A DNA stretch of 64,000 bases from an uncultured Acidobacteriia bacterium (lineage in GTDB: Bacteria; Acidobacteriota; Terriglobia; Bryobacterales; Bryobacteraceae). A program made the translations under genes and the position numbers. Within the stretch, counting starts at the first letter, position 1; each line of letters starts with the position of its first letter. The stretch covers positions 3,183 to 67,182 of the forward strand of contig CAIVVT010000157.1 in assembly GCA_903909435.1 (NCBI GenBank), written 5' to 3'. The notes beneath the pieces are model-generated. The model saw only the letters and a program-made list of their open reading frames with translations, was not told where the DNA came from and did no database searches. Below, one piece after another: positions 17,753-27,152 of the stretch.

Positions 17753-19879
17753 ATGATGAAGTACCACTCTGCCGCTCTCCTGCTCGCCTGTCTGGCGGCG
17801 GCGCCCCACGCACTCGCACAGAGCGCCGCTGCTCCACACGCACTGGGGGTAGACGACTTGTTCGATGTCCGCGAAGCGCGCGATCCGCAGATCTCGCCCG
17901 ACGCCCGGTTCATTGCCTACGTGGTGACCTCCACCTCGCTACGGGAAGACAAGTCGGAGAAGCGCATCTTCATGCTGCCTGCCGCAGGCGGGGAAGTCAT
18001 TCCGCTGACGGCGGAGGGCGTGTCCTCCGAACATCCCCGCTGGTCGCCTGATGGCAAATTCCTCGCGTTTCTTTCCGAGCGCAACGAGGGCAAGACTCAG
18101 GTCCATCTGCTGAATATGCTTGGCGGCGAGGCCCAAAAGCTCACCGCAACGGTGCAGGATGTCTCCGACTTCCGCTGGTCGCCGGACGGCAAGCGGCTGG
18201 TGCTGGTCCTGCGCGATGCTTCCGTCGAGGAACTGGAAGCGGCGGCCACCCGGGCCCAAGAGGACGGAGCTCCAAAAGAGGCCGCTCCGAAGAAGCCCAA
18301 AGCCCAGCGCCCCTGGGTCATCGACCGCCTTCAATTCAAGGAAGATACTGCGGGGTACCTGGATCGCCGCCGCAACCACCTTTATGTCTTTGACGTCGCA
18401 ACCAAGTCGCTGGTCCAGGTGACTTCGGGCGATTTTGACGACGCGGAACCCGCCTGGTCGCCCGACGGAAAACTCCTCGCCTTTGCCAGCAATCGCTCCA
18501 AACCCGATCCCGACGCCTCCTACAACTGGAACATCTGGGTGGTCAGCGCAGGCAACACGGACAAAGGCTCGACGCTCACACGGGTGACGACCGGTCCCGG
18601 CGAAGCGCGCAGCCCGGATTGGTCGCCCGACGGCAAGTGGATCGCCTACACGGTGAACCTCGACCCGAAGCTGTTCCAGTACAGCACCAAACACGTTGCC
18701 GTTTCGCCCTCAGCCGGCGGCCCCGCGCGAGTCCTGACGCAGAAGCTCGACCGCATGACCTCCTCGCCCCGCTTTGCCAGGGATGGCCAGTCGATCTACT
18801 TCCAGGCTGACGACGACGGGGCCATCATCCTGGCGCGGGTGGGCGTCGCGGATGGTCAGGTCACGACGCTGGCCGGCGGCCGCGTGATGGTAGATGGCTA
18901 CTCGCTCGGTGCAGGCGGGAGCGTCGCGGCCAGCCTGTCCACGATGGACCGGCCCTTCGAGGTATTCAACGTGAGCGGCGGCAAACTGACGCGACTGTCC
19001 CACGAAAACGACGCCTGGATCTCGAAGCTCAGGCTGGCTGCCGGGGAATACGTGTCGTTCAAATCGAACGACGGAACGACGGTCCACGGCTACGTCTACA
19101 AGCCCGTCGATTACCTTGCAGGGAAGAAGTACCCGGCCATTCTCAGGCCGCACGGCGGCCCCGTCTGGGCGTACTACGCGGAATTCCAGGACCTCGCCCA
19201 ACTGCTGGCCGCGAACGGCTATGTCGTGCTGCTGCCCAACCCGCGCGGCTCGTCCGGATACGGGCAGGATTTCTGTAAAGCGATCTGGGCCGACTGGGGC
19301 AACAAGGACTACCAGGACGACATGGCCATGGTCAACTATGCAGTCGCTCAGGGCTATGCCGACGAGGACAAGCTGGGCGTCGGAGGCTGGTCCTACGGCG
19401 GGATTTCAACCGACTTTATCATCGCCCAGACCACCCGCTTCAAGGGCGCCATTGCGGGCGCGGGCGAGGCGGATTACAAGAGCATGTGGGGGCACGACAT
19501 GTACCAGCGCGACTACACCACCGAACTCGGGCTGCCCTGGGAGCATCCCGAGAATTGGGACCGGGTGAACTACCTGAAGAAGGTCAAGGACATCACGACG
19601 CCCACGCTGTTCGTGGGCGGGAATATCGACTGGAACGTGCCTATCCTGGGCGGCGAACAGATGTACCAATCGCTGAAAGCGCTGGGGCGGGAAACGCTGC
19701 TGGTGGTCTATCCCGACGAGCATCACGAGTTCAGAACGCCATCCCACATCCAGGACCTGAACCGGCGATTCCTGGCGTGGTACGCCCACTATGTGAAGGC
19801 TGACGGCACTCCGGCACGACCCGCGGAAGAGCCCGTTACGGAGTCCAGGCCGGCCAAAGCCACGGCGCCCGCGCACTGA
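17753..19879 (+). CDS. S9 family serine peptidase (beta-propeller + prolyl oligopeptidase/acylaminoacyl-peptidase catalytic domain)
   Basis: ORF 17720..19879; ATG 17753 gives signal peptide MMKYHSAALLLACLAAAPHALA. It has repeated 'SPDG..LAF' propeller motifs, the nucleophile motif GVGGWSYGG, and C-terminal D...H (YPDEHHEF). Confidence 0.85.
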   Translation: MMKYHSAALLLACLAAAPHALAQSAAAPHALGVDDLFDVREARDPQISPDARFIAYVVTSTSLREDKSEKRIFMLPAAGGEVIPLTAEGVSSEHPRWSPDGKFLAFLSERNEGKTQVHLLNMLGGEAQKLTATVQDVSDFRWSPDGKRLVLVLRDASVEELEAAATRAQEDGAPKEAAPKKPKAQRPWVIDRLQFKEDTAGYLDRRRNHLYVFDVATKSLVQVTSGDFDDAEPAWSPDGKLLAFASNRSKPDPDASYNWNIWVVSAGNTDKGSTLTRVTTGPGEARSPDWSPDGKWIAYTVNLDPKLFQYSTKHVAVSPSAGGPARVLTQKLDRMTSSPRFARDGQSIYFQADDDGAIILARVGVADGQVTTLAGGRVMVDGYSLGAGGSVAASLSTMDRPFEVFNVSGGKLTRLSHENDAWISKLRLAAGEYVSFKSNDGTTVHGYVYKPVDYLAGKKYPAILRPHGGPVWAYYAEFQDLAQLLAANGYVVLLPNPRGSSGYGQDFCKAIWADWGNKDYQDDMAMVNYAVAQGYADEDKLGVGGWSYGGISTDFIIAQTTRFKGAIAGAGEADYKSMWGHDMYQRDYTTELGLPWEHPENWDRVNYLKKVKDITTPTLFVGGNIDWNVPILGGEQMYQSLKALGRETLLVVYPDEHHEFRTPSHIQDLNRRFLAWYAHYVKADGTPARPAEEPVTESRPAKATAPAH

Positions 19880-19945
19880 GCAATCGGACCCGCGGCAGGC
19901 TGGTCCGCATGAAACGGTATACTGCCCATCAAAGGAGATTTTGAA

Positions 19946-21232
19946 TTGTCCTCGATGACACGACGGTCTTTCTATGTCGGCGCGGCTGCGGCCCTCTCCG
20001 CGACACGCGTGTTTGGCGCCAACGATCGCATTCGGGTTGGCATTGTCGGACTGGGTGGACGCGGGGGCGACCATCAGTCCTCCTACATGCGCATTCCCGA
20101 CGCGCAAGTGGCGGGTCTCTGCGACGTGAATCAGCCCGCGCGGGAGCGGGCGCAGGCGCGCATCACAAAGGCTGGCGGTGCCAAGGCGCAGGAGTTCGCC
20201 GACATGCGCGAGATGTTCGCCAACCCCGACATCGACGCCGTGTCGATCGCGACGCCCAACCACTGGCACGCACTGGCTTGCATCTGGGCCTGCGAGGCGG
20301 GCAAGGACGTGTACGTCGAGAAGCCGGCCAGCCACAATATCCACGAGGGCTTCCGCATGGTGGAAGTGGCCCGCAAGACGCAGCGCATGGTGCAGGTGGG
20401 CATGCAGAGCCGCAGCACGCCGCTGAAGATCCGCGCGATTCAGCTCATCCAAGGCGGGGCGATCGGCAAACTCTATGCCGCGAAGGGGCTGTGTTTCAAG
20501 CGCCGCAAGTCCATCGGCAAAGCTCCGCTGGAGGCCGTGCCGCCCGGCTTGGACTGGAGCATGTTCCTCGGTCCCGCCCAGATGAAGGAGTATTCCAAGA
20601 CCCGCTTTGCCTACAACTGGCACTGGTTCTGGGACACCGGCAATGGCGACATCGGCAATCAGGGCGTGCACGAAATGGACATCGCCCGCTGGGCGCTCGG
20701 GGACGTGGGCTTTCCAAAGACCGCTGTCTCGACGGGCGGAAAATTCGTCTATGACGACGATCAGGAAACCCCCAACACGCAGCTGGCGAGCCTTGGCTTC
20801 GGGGACCGCGAAATCAACTTCGAAGTGCGCGGCCTGCTGACGGGGCCGGAGGCGGGCTTGCCGGTCCAGAAAGGCAACACGGTCGGCAACATCTTCTTCG
20901 GCAGCGACGGCTGGATGTGGTTGGGCGACGGCTTCCAGATCTACAAAGGCGAGTCCAGCGAAAAGACGCTGGAGGAGAAGGACAAGGGGGGCGAGGACGG
21001 GACGGTTCTGCACATGAAGAACTTCCTCTCGGCCTGCCGCAGCCGCAACGTCAAGGACCTCAACGCCGACATCGCGATCGGTGCGACATCGGCCGCCTTC
21101 TGCCATCTGGCCAACATCAGCTACCGCACCGGGCGGGCGCTGCAGTGGGACGACGCGGCGAAGCATTTCGTGAACGATGCCGCCGCGGACCAACTGCTGA
21201 CGCGCAACTACCGCGCGCCGTACGTGGTCTGA
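19946..21232 (+). CDS. Gfo/Idh/MocA family oxidoreductase with Tat signal
   Basis: MTRRSFYVGAAAALSATRVFG twin-arginine signal; IRVGIVGLGGRG; VYVEKP; the family's C-terminal domain. Confidence 0.85.
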   Translation: MSSMTRRSFYVGAAAALSATRVFGANDRIRVGIVGLGGRGGDHQSSYMRIPDAQVAGLCDVNQPARERAQARITKAGGAKAQEFADMREMFANPDIDAVSIATPNHWHALACIWACEAGKDVYVEKPASHNIHEGFRMVEVARKTQRMVQVGMQSRSTPLKIRAIQLIQGGAIGKLYAAKGLCFKRRKSIGKAPLEAVPPGLDWSMFLGPAQMKEYSKTRFAYNWHWFWDTGNGDIGNQGVHEMDIARWALGDVGFPKTAVSTGGKFVYDDDQETPNTQLASLGFGDREINFEVRGLLTGPEAGLPVQKGNTVGNIFFGSDGWMWLGDGFQIYKGESSEKTLEEKDKGGEDGTVLHMKNFLSACRSRNVKDLNADIAIGATSAAFCHLANISYRTGRALQWDDAAKHFVNDAAADQLLTRNYRAPYVV

Positions 21233-21250
21233 GCCTCGCTGAAGCTCGAT

Positions 21251-21285
21251 GCTTATGGCGCACGCCGCCGCAGTGCGCCATAAGC
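21251..21285. terminator. 13-bp-stem hairpin between convergent genes (putative bidirectional terminator)
   Basis: gcttatggcgcac (21251-21263) / gtgcgccataagc (21273-21285) with a 9-nt loop. There is no clear U-tract. Confidence 0.55.
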
Positions 21286-21307
21286 GGAAGACATCAGCCG
21301 TCGAAGC

Positions 21308-22108
21308 TCACGTGCGCGTTTTCGCGTGCGGCGAGCGCGTCTCCAGCTTCAATCGCAGCCACACCGGCAGCCGGCGTCCGATGGCCACTATCAGCTTGTA
21401 ACGCCACCCCGGAATCACGATCAGCTTCCGGCTTGCGAGCGCGTTCAGCGACTCGTCCACCACGAACTCCGATGGCATCCAGAGCTGTTTGGGGACCGCA
21501 TTCCGGTCGCTTCCGAGCACGTCGTGAAACTCCGTGTAGGTGAATCCCGGGCATAGCGCCTGCACGTTGACCAGCGAGCCCATGCTGTCGAGTTCGACGC
21601 GCAGCCCTTCGCTGAAGTCGATCATCCAGCCCTTCGTGGCGCAATAGGAAACAGAGCCCGAGCTACGGAAGAATCCGGCCACGCTGGCGACGTTGACGAT
21701 GGCGCCCTCGCCCCGTTCGATCATCGCCGGCAGGACCGCGCGGGAGAGGCGCAGTGTCGCCATGATGTGCAGCTTGTGCATCTCCACTTGCCGCGCGTAG
21801 CCGGTCGAGTGAAACCAGCCCTTGGTGCCAAAGCCGGCGTTGTTGATCAGCAGGTCGATCGGCCCTTCCGATTCCAGACGCCTGGCGAAATCCTCGACTT
21901 GGATATCGTCGGCCAGGTCGGCGCAGAACGGCTCGACGCGCACGTGATAGGCCCGCTCCAGGTCCGCCTGCAGTTGCTCCAGCCGGTCCATGCGCCGCGC
22001 AGCCAGTAGCAGGTTGTATCCGCGCGCGGCGAGTTTGCGGGCAAAGACGGATCCCAGACCGCTGGATGCACCGGTGATCACGGCCAGGCGGGCGTCGTTT
22101 TGGGCCAT
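21308..22108 (-). CDS. SDR family oxidoreductase
   Basis: VITGASSGLG cofactor motif, NNAG, catalytic S...YCATK; hydrophobic C-terminal tail. Confidence 0.85.
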   Translation of the reverse strand: MAQNDARLAVITGASSGLGSVFARKLAARGYNLLLAARRMDRLEQLQADLERAYHVRVEPFCADLADDIQVEDFARRLESEGPIDLLINNAGFGTKGWFHSTGYARQVEMHKLHIMATLRLSRAVLPAMIERGEGAIVNVASVAGFFRSSGSVSYCATKGWMIDFSEGLRVELDSMGSLVNVQALCPGFTYTEFHDVLGSDRNAVPKQLWMPSEFVVDESLNALASRKLIVIPGWRYKLIVAIGRRLPVWLRLKLETRSPHAKTRT

Positions 22109-22345
22109 AGCTGAACAGGGACCTCGCTGGTCTCCTATCGTACCCGTCGAACGCCCGGAAGACTACCTATTGGTCCGCCGCGACGGCTCGCGTTGTGGCG
22201 CGGGCACCCGATCATACGCGTAAGATTCTCACGCTTTTTGAATGCCAGTTGAATTCCGTGGGAGTAGACTATCCGCGATGAGTTGTGGGATGTCCGCCGG
22301 GCATGTGCACCATTGCGCCAGCCCGCCGGACCGAAAGGCACGTCG

Positions 22346-24520
22346 ATGCGAATCGGAGTTGGGCATCTTGCCATCGCTGCCGCCGTCCTCTCCAGCGGCG
22401 TGCAGGCCGCGGAGAGCGACAAAGCGCCGTTCTACCAGCCGCCACAGTTGTTCGTCATGACCGGCTTCATCGCCAACACGACCAACGGAACATGGGGCAC
22501 CGATTTCGTCGGCTCGGGCGACTGGACGCCACAGAAACAAGTGGCCGCGGTCGCCGATTGGAACAGGGGACTCGGCAAAGACTACGACCCCGACAAGGAG
22601 CTTCTGGCGTTCAAGCGCGCCGGAGCGACGGGCATCATCTTCTACGACAAGTGGCACGACGGCCTGGTCGGCCATCGCACCGAACTCACCTCCTACATGA
22701 CGGAGCGCGACCTGGTCGGCCCCACCATACGAGCCGCGCGCAAGCTAGGGCTCAAGATCGTCGTCTATTACTCCGTGGGGCTCGACTCCAACCCCGACCC
22801 GCGCTTCAGAGCCTGGAACTGCCGCGATGCTCAGGGCCACCCCATGGGCCTGGCCTTCCCTACAGATTGGATGTCGTTCTATTCGCCCTACCGGCAATAT
22901 GTCATCGGCCACCTCGTCGAAATCCTGAAGCTGCACGGGCCGGTGGACGGCTTGTGGCTGGACCTTTACACCCAGCCCGTACCCTCTTACGACGCCTACA
23001 CGCGCGCGGCGTTTGAGCAGCGCTACGGCAAGCCCTTAGAGCGCGGGACGCGCCGCGAGCACACCGAATTCGAGATCGAAACCCGCCGCGAATTCCTGCA
23101 GGAAATCCGCCATGCTGTCACTGCCGTGCAGCCTGGCATCGCCCTCACCTACAACGGTTCGGGCAACCCGGACATGGCCGCCCCAGCGCTGGTCGATCGC
23201 GTGGACAAGCTGGTGGACTGGTTCTCCATGGAGGGCCACACCTGGGCGGGCATCGACCGTGGAGCCGCCGGCGGCCACAACGCCGACCGTCCGAGCGAGG
23301 TCGGGATTTTGCTCAGCTCCTCGTGGTACGTCCCGATGGAAGATGCGGCTCCGCCGCCCGCCATGACCGTGGACGAGGCCGTCGCCTCGGCCGCCTGGGC
23401 CTTCGTGCGTGGGGCGAACGTCTACGCCGCGCTGACGCCGGGCCATGCGGGCCGTTTCGATCAGGCCTCGGACGTGAAACTGCTCGGCGCGGTCGGCAGC
23501 TGGCTCGGGCAGAACCGGCAGTGGGTCGAGGGGGCGGTGCAATACGCCGACGCCGGCATTCTGCGCGGCGGCGTTGCTCCGGAGCTCCAACAGGTTCCGG
23601 CCGTGAGCGAACTGTGGCCGCTGACTTACCGCAACGCGGCGCCCCGGGGCGTCAGGCCCGGTGACGACCTCGACGCCGCCATCCGCCAGGCCGGTTACTT
23701 CACCGAGCTGCTGGGTACGGCATTCCCGCGCCGTACGGAAGACTGGAAGGCGTACCGCATGCTGGTGCTGCCCGAAAACGCCGTCGTGGACGACGCCACG
23801 GCGAGAAGCATACGCGAGTACGTGCGCGCCGGCGGCAAGCTGCTGGCGTTTGGAAACGCTTCCCGCCTCGACTCGCAGGGCGCACTGCGCGGCGAGTTCG
23901 CGCTCAGCGACGTCTTCGGGGTCAGCCTCGGCGGAGAGTTGCCGGGCTACAAGCGTCTCCGCCTCGATCCGGCGGCGGGACTGACGGCGCAGATCCGCGT
24001 GAACCCGGGTGCGCTGCGGGTCAAACCCACGACCGCCAGGGTGCTGGCGCAGTGGGACTCGGCCGGGGGCGCGCCCGCGATCCTCGAGAACGAGTTCGGG
24101 AAAGGCTCAGTGCTCTACCTGAGCGCCGACGAGATCTCCTGTGCGCAAAGCCCGGCGTTTGTCGAAGAGCTGACGGGCCGGCTGATCGGTGCGCCGGTGG
24201 TCAAGGTAAAGGGCGCGCGTCAATATGCCTTGCTGATGAACCGCCGGGGCAACGATCTGCTGCTGTACCTGTTCAATCGCTCCACGGGCTCGCGGGCCTA
24301 CACCGAGAGCGCCATGGTTCCGCAGAGCCTCGATCCGATTCCGCCCGAGCCGGTTGAGCTGGTCGTGGACACCCGCGTTCTGCAAGGCGTCAATACGGTC
24401 GAATTGCTGAGCGAGGGCCGGACGGCGCGGGCCAGCGTGCGGGCCGGGGAGACCCGGGCGTCGATCGATGCGGCGGGCTCGGTGACCACCGTGCGTCTCG
24501 CCCACAGTCGGGGGAAGTAA
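22346..24520 (+). CDS. Secreted glycoside-hydrolase-like protein (TIM-barrel-like N-terminus + GH42-type trimerisation/GATase1-like domain)
   Basis: ORF 22283..24520; ATG 22346 follows GAAAGG and gives a signal peptide (MRIGVGHLAIAAAVLSSGVQA). AGATGIIFYDKWHDGL is a fucosidase-like segment. YRMLVLPENAVVDDATARSIREYVRAGGKLLAFG resembles the beta-galactosidase trimerisation domain. Confidence 0.55.
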   Translation: MRIGVGHLAIAAAVLSSGVQAAESDKAPFYQPPQLFVMTGFIANTTNGTWGTDFVGSGDWTPQKQVAAVADWNRGLGKDYDPDKELLAFKRAGATGIIFYDKWHDGLVGHRTELTSYMTERDLVGPTIRAARKLGLKIVVYYSVGLDSNPDPRFRAWNCRDAQGHPMGLAFPTDWMSFYSPYRQYVIGHLVEILKLHGPVDGLWLDLYTQPVPSYDAYTRAAFEQRYGKPLERGTRREHTEFEIETRREFLQEIRHAVTAVQPGIALTYNGSGNPDMAAPALVDRVDKLVDWFSMEGHTWAGIDRGAAGGHNADRPSEVGILLSSSWYVPMEDAAPPPAMTVDEAVASAAWAFVRGANVYAALTPGHAGRFDQASDVKLLGAVGSWLGQNRQWVEGAVQYADAGILRGGVAPELQQVPAVSELWPLTYRNAAPRGVRPGDDLDAAIRQAGYFTELLGTAFPRRTEDWKAYRMLVLPENAVVDDATARSIREYVRAGGKLLAFGNASRLDSQGALRGEFALSDVFGVSLGGELPGYKRLRLDPAAGLTAQIRVNPGALRVKPTTARVLAQWDSAGGAPAILENEFGKGSVLYLSADEISCAQSPAFVEELTGRLIGAPVVKVKGARQYALLMNRRGNDLLLYLFNRSTGSRAYTESAMVPQSLDPIPPEPVELVVDTRVLQGVNTVELLSEGRTARASVRAGETRASIDAAGSVTTVRLAHSRGK

Positions 24521-24547
24521 GCAGCGAATGGTTGAGGAGAACCCTTT

Positions 24548-25669
24548 ATGAACACGCGCAGATCATTTCTCATGACCGCTTCCGCGCTCGGCGCGACCGC
24601 TTTGTGGGGCAAGCCGCAGCTGCCTCCCCCGGGCGGCATCAAGGCGTTTTGCATCGACTTCAACTGGCATCACGAGGACGGTCCGAAGACGTGGATCAAC
24701 GCCTTCGCGCGGCCGGGCCTGTGGGCCGACGCCAACCCCGAGCAGCACGTGGAGTGGTACCACGCGCTCGGCGCGAATGTGATCCAGACCTTCGCCGTCT
24801 CCTGCAATGGCTATGCCTGGTACAAAGGTGGAGCCGTCCCGCCTCAGCCCGGGTTGAAGTACGACTTCCTGCCCGAGATGGTCCGCCTGGGCCACAAGCG
24901 CGGCATGCTGGTGACGGGCTACTTCTGCGCGGGCGCCAACACGAAATTCGCCCAGGATCACCCCAGCCTCAGCTACGGGACGCCGGGCAACCTGCACATC
25001 CCCTTCACCGACGAATACCTGGCCTATCTCTCCCGCTCCATCGCCGACGCGGTGCGGCGCACCGGCCTGGATGGCTTCATGATCGACTGGATCTGGAACC
25101 CCGCCCCAGAACTCCGCAAGCAGGGCTGGATCGAGGCCGAGAAGAAGCTCTACATGCAGCTCACCGGGAAGCCGTTTCCGTCGGCAGGGCCGGCCGCCAG
25201 CGACCTGCTGGAGTACGAGCGCAAGGCCATCGAGCGCTGCTGGCGTGCCGTACGCAAGGCCGCTAAGGACGAGCGCAAGGACTGCATCCTCTGGCTCTCC
25301 TGCAACAACCTGACGGCGCCCACGGTCAACGGCGCAGACTGGCTCAAGGATGTCGACTGGGTGATGAACGAATCGCCCGACCGCGCCTTCTTCAACGCCG
25401 CCCGCCAGGCCGTGGGGCCGCAAACAAGAATGTTGCAGTGCCTGGTGGGCTGGGTGCAGCACGACGCGGCGACCTACCTTTCGGACAGGACCACGCAGGG
25501 CATCGACCTCTACGGCTTCGCCGAGCCGCGCGCCAACTCGCTGCCGCTGGGCGTGGAGGAGTACTTGAAGCGCGGTCCGCAGGGGTTCCCGGGCGCAACC
25601 GGGACGGCGCCCAACGACCGCAACATCGCCACTCTGGCGCGCTTCTACAATGGCCGGCCACTGCTATGA
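24548..25669 (+). CDS. Tat-exported glycoside-hydrolase-like TIM-barrel protein, hypothetical
   Basis: MNTRRSFLMTASALGATALWG Tat signal; FCIDFNWH...GANVIQTF...GMLVTGYF...GLDGFMIDWIWNP resembles GH-like (GHL) families. Confidence 0.55.
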   Translation: MNTRRSFLMTASALGATALWGKPQLPPPGGIKAFCIDFNWHHEDGPKTWINAFARPGLWADANPEQHVEWYHALGANVIQTFAVSCNGYAWYKGGAVPPQPGLKYDFLPEMVRLGHKRGMLVTGYFCAGANTKFAQDHPSLSYGTPGNLHIPFTDEYLAYLSRSIADAVRRTGLDGFMIDWIWNPAPELRKQGWIEAEKKLYMQLTGKPFPSAGPAASDLLEYERKAIERCWRAVRKAAKDERKDCILWLSCNNLTAPTVNGADWLKDVDWVMNESPDRAFFNAARQAVGPQTRMLQCLVGWVQHDAATYLSDRTTQGIDLYGFAEPRANSLPLGVEEYLKRGPQGFPGATGTAPNDRNIATLARFYNGRPLL

Positions 25670-26775
25670 AGATCAGCGACATCCGCATCCGCGTGTGCCG
25701 CAACCAGCGTCCCGCCACGACCGAGTCCGGGATGCGCACAGGCGGCCCATCGAGCTTCGATTTCCTCGTGATCAGCATAACGACCGACGAGGGGATCGAG
25801 GGCCACTCGTTCGGATTTGCCGGCCGCGGCGCGAGCATGGCGGGCGAGATCGCGAAGGAAGCGCTGCGCCCGTTCTTCCTGGGCAAAGACCCGCTGGCCC
25901 GGGAACGGCACTACCAGGACTTCAGGACCTACGACCGCTGGTGGAACCACGTGCCGGTCTACAGCTACGGCCCGTTCGATATCTGCCTGTGGGACATCGC
26001 GGCGAAGCTGGCGGGCCTGCCGCTTTACCGCCTGCTCGGGGAATACCGCAGCAAGGTGCCGGTCTACGCCAGCTCGTTCGTGCTCCCGGGACCGGAGGAC
26101 TACGCCCGCCAGGCACAGGCGGTGCAGCAGCGCGGCTGGCACGCCTACAAGGTGCACCCGCCCGGCGAGTTCGACCTCGATCTCGAAATCTACCGCGCCT
26201 GCCGCGAGGCGGTCGGTCCGGGCTTCCAGCTGATGGCGGACCCGGTCTGCGCCTACAACCACACCCAGGCGCTGCGCATGGGCCGGCAGCTCGAAAAGCT
26301 CGACTATTACTGGCTGGAGGAGCCGCTCTTCGACGTGGATTTCGGAGGCCTGCGCAAGCTGGCTGCCGCGCTGGACATTCCAATCTGCGGGACGGAAGTT
26401 CTGGCCGGCAACAACTACGCCACCGCCGAGTGCATCGCTACCGGCGTGGTGGACATCGTGCGCAGCGACGTGTCCTGGAAGCACGGCGTGACGGCGGTCA
26501 TGAAGACGGCCCATCTGGCCGAGTCCTTCGGCCTGAACTGCGAGGTCCACACGGCCATCTACCATCCCTTGGAGGTCGTGAATCTGCAGTGCTGCTGCGC
26601 TATGCGCAACTGCGAGTTCTTCGAGCTTTTGTATCCGCTGGAGTCGATGAACTTCGGAATGCGCACGCCCTTGCACATCGACAACGAGGGCTACGCGCAT
26701 CCGCCCGAGGCGCCGGGCAACGGCTTCGATCCCGATTGGGATCTGATCGACAATTCGACGGTGGCGGCCTTTTAG
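25666..26775 (+). CDS. Enolase-superfamily enzyme (mandelate racemase/muconate lactonizing family; sugar-acid dehydratase-like)
   Basis: The ORF track gives 25438..26775, but ATG 25666 (MKISDIRI...) overlaps the upstream stop as ATGA. Motifs: PLYRLLG, AYKVHPP, MADPVCAYNH...YYWLEEPL, ICGTE. Confidence 0.85.
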   Translation: MKISDIRIRVCRNQRPATTESGMRTGGPSSFDFLVISITTDEGIEGHSFGFAGRGASMAGEIAKEALRPFFLGKDPLARERHYQDFRTYDRWWNHVPVYSYGPFDICLWDIAAKLAGLPLYRLLGEYRSKVPVYASSFVLPGPEDYARQAQAVQQRGWHAYKVHPPGEFDLDLEIYRACREAVGPGFQLMADPVCAYNHTQALRMGRQLEKLDYYWLEEPLFDVDFGGLRKLAAALDIPICGTEVLAGNNYATAECIATGVVDIVRSDVSWKHGVTAVMKTAHLAESFGLNCEVHTAIYHPLEVVNLQCCCAMRNCEFFELLYPLESMNFGMRTPLHIDNEGYAHPPEAPGNGFDPDWDLIDNSTVAAF

Positions 26776-26913
26776 GGCCGGAATCCGGCTTCGTTCATGG
26801 CGTTGTTATCGAACTGGTTGTTAGATTGGAAAGCTGAACTTCGAACTGGCCGTGCGGGCCGGAGCTTATGGAGCTTCGCAGAATTCCGTGACGCGCGTGC
26901 ACTGCCATGTGGG

Positions 26914-27027
26914 GCAGGTTGTTAACCTGCGGCGGGTTGGCAGTCTGCCTGCCGGGCCTGCGAATGGGCCGTCCAGCGCCGGTAAGCAAACGGCGCGCAG
27001 GATGCCATCCTGCCCACAGCTTAAGCT
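26914..27027. repeat. Intergenic cluster of short perfect hairpins/palindromes
   Basis: gcaggtt-gtt-aacctgc (26914-26930), ggcag-tctgc-ctgcc (26939-26953), gcaggat-gcc-atcctgc (26997-27013), and the palindrome cagcttaagctg (27016-27027). Confidence 0.5.
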
Positions 27028-27152
27028 GAGTGTCACGGTAGGACGCTGGCCTCAATCGCCTTCGGCACTCGTGCGATGGTGACGGAGCAGCGAGCGGGTA
27101 GAAGCAGAGAGTTCGACGCGTTGCTTGCGAGTTGACCTGTTTGGAGGTGGGC

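Noticed and set aside
25438-25665. Upstream extension of the enolase-superfamily ORF (track start 25438).
   Set aside because: The extension overlaps the 3' end of the preceding gene and is Arg/Gly-rich nonsense. ATG 25666 gives the typical MKI.D.R family N-terminus and an ATGA overlap.
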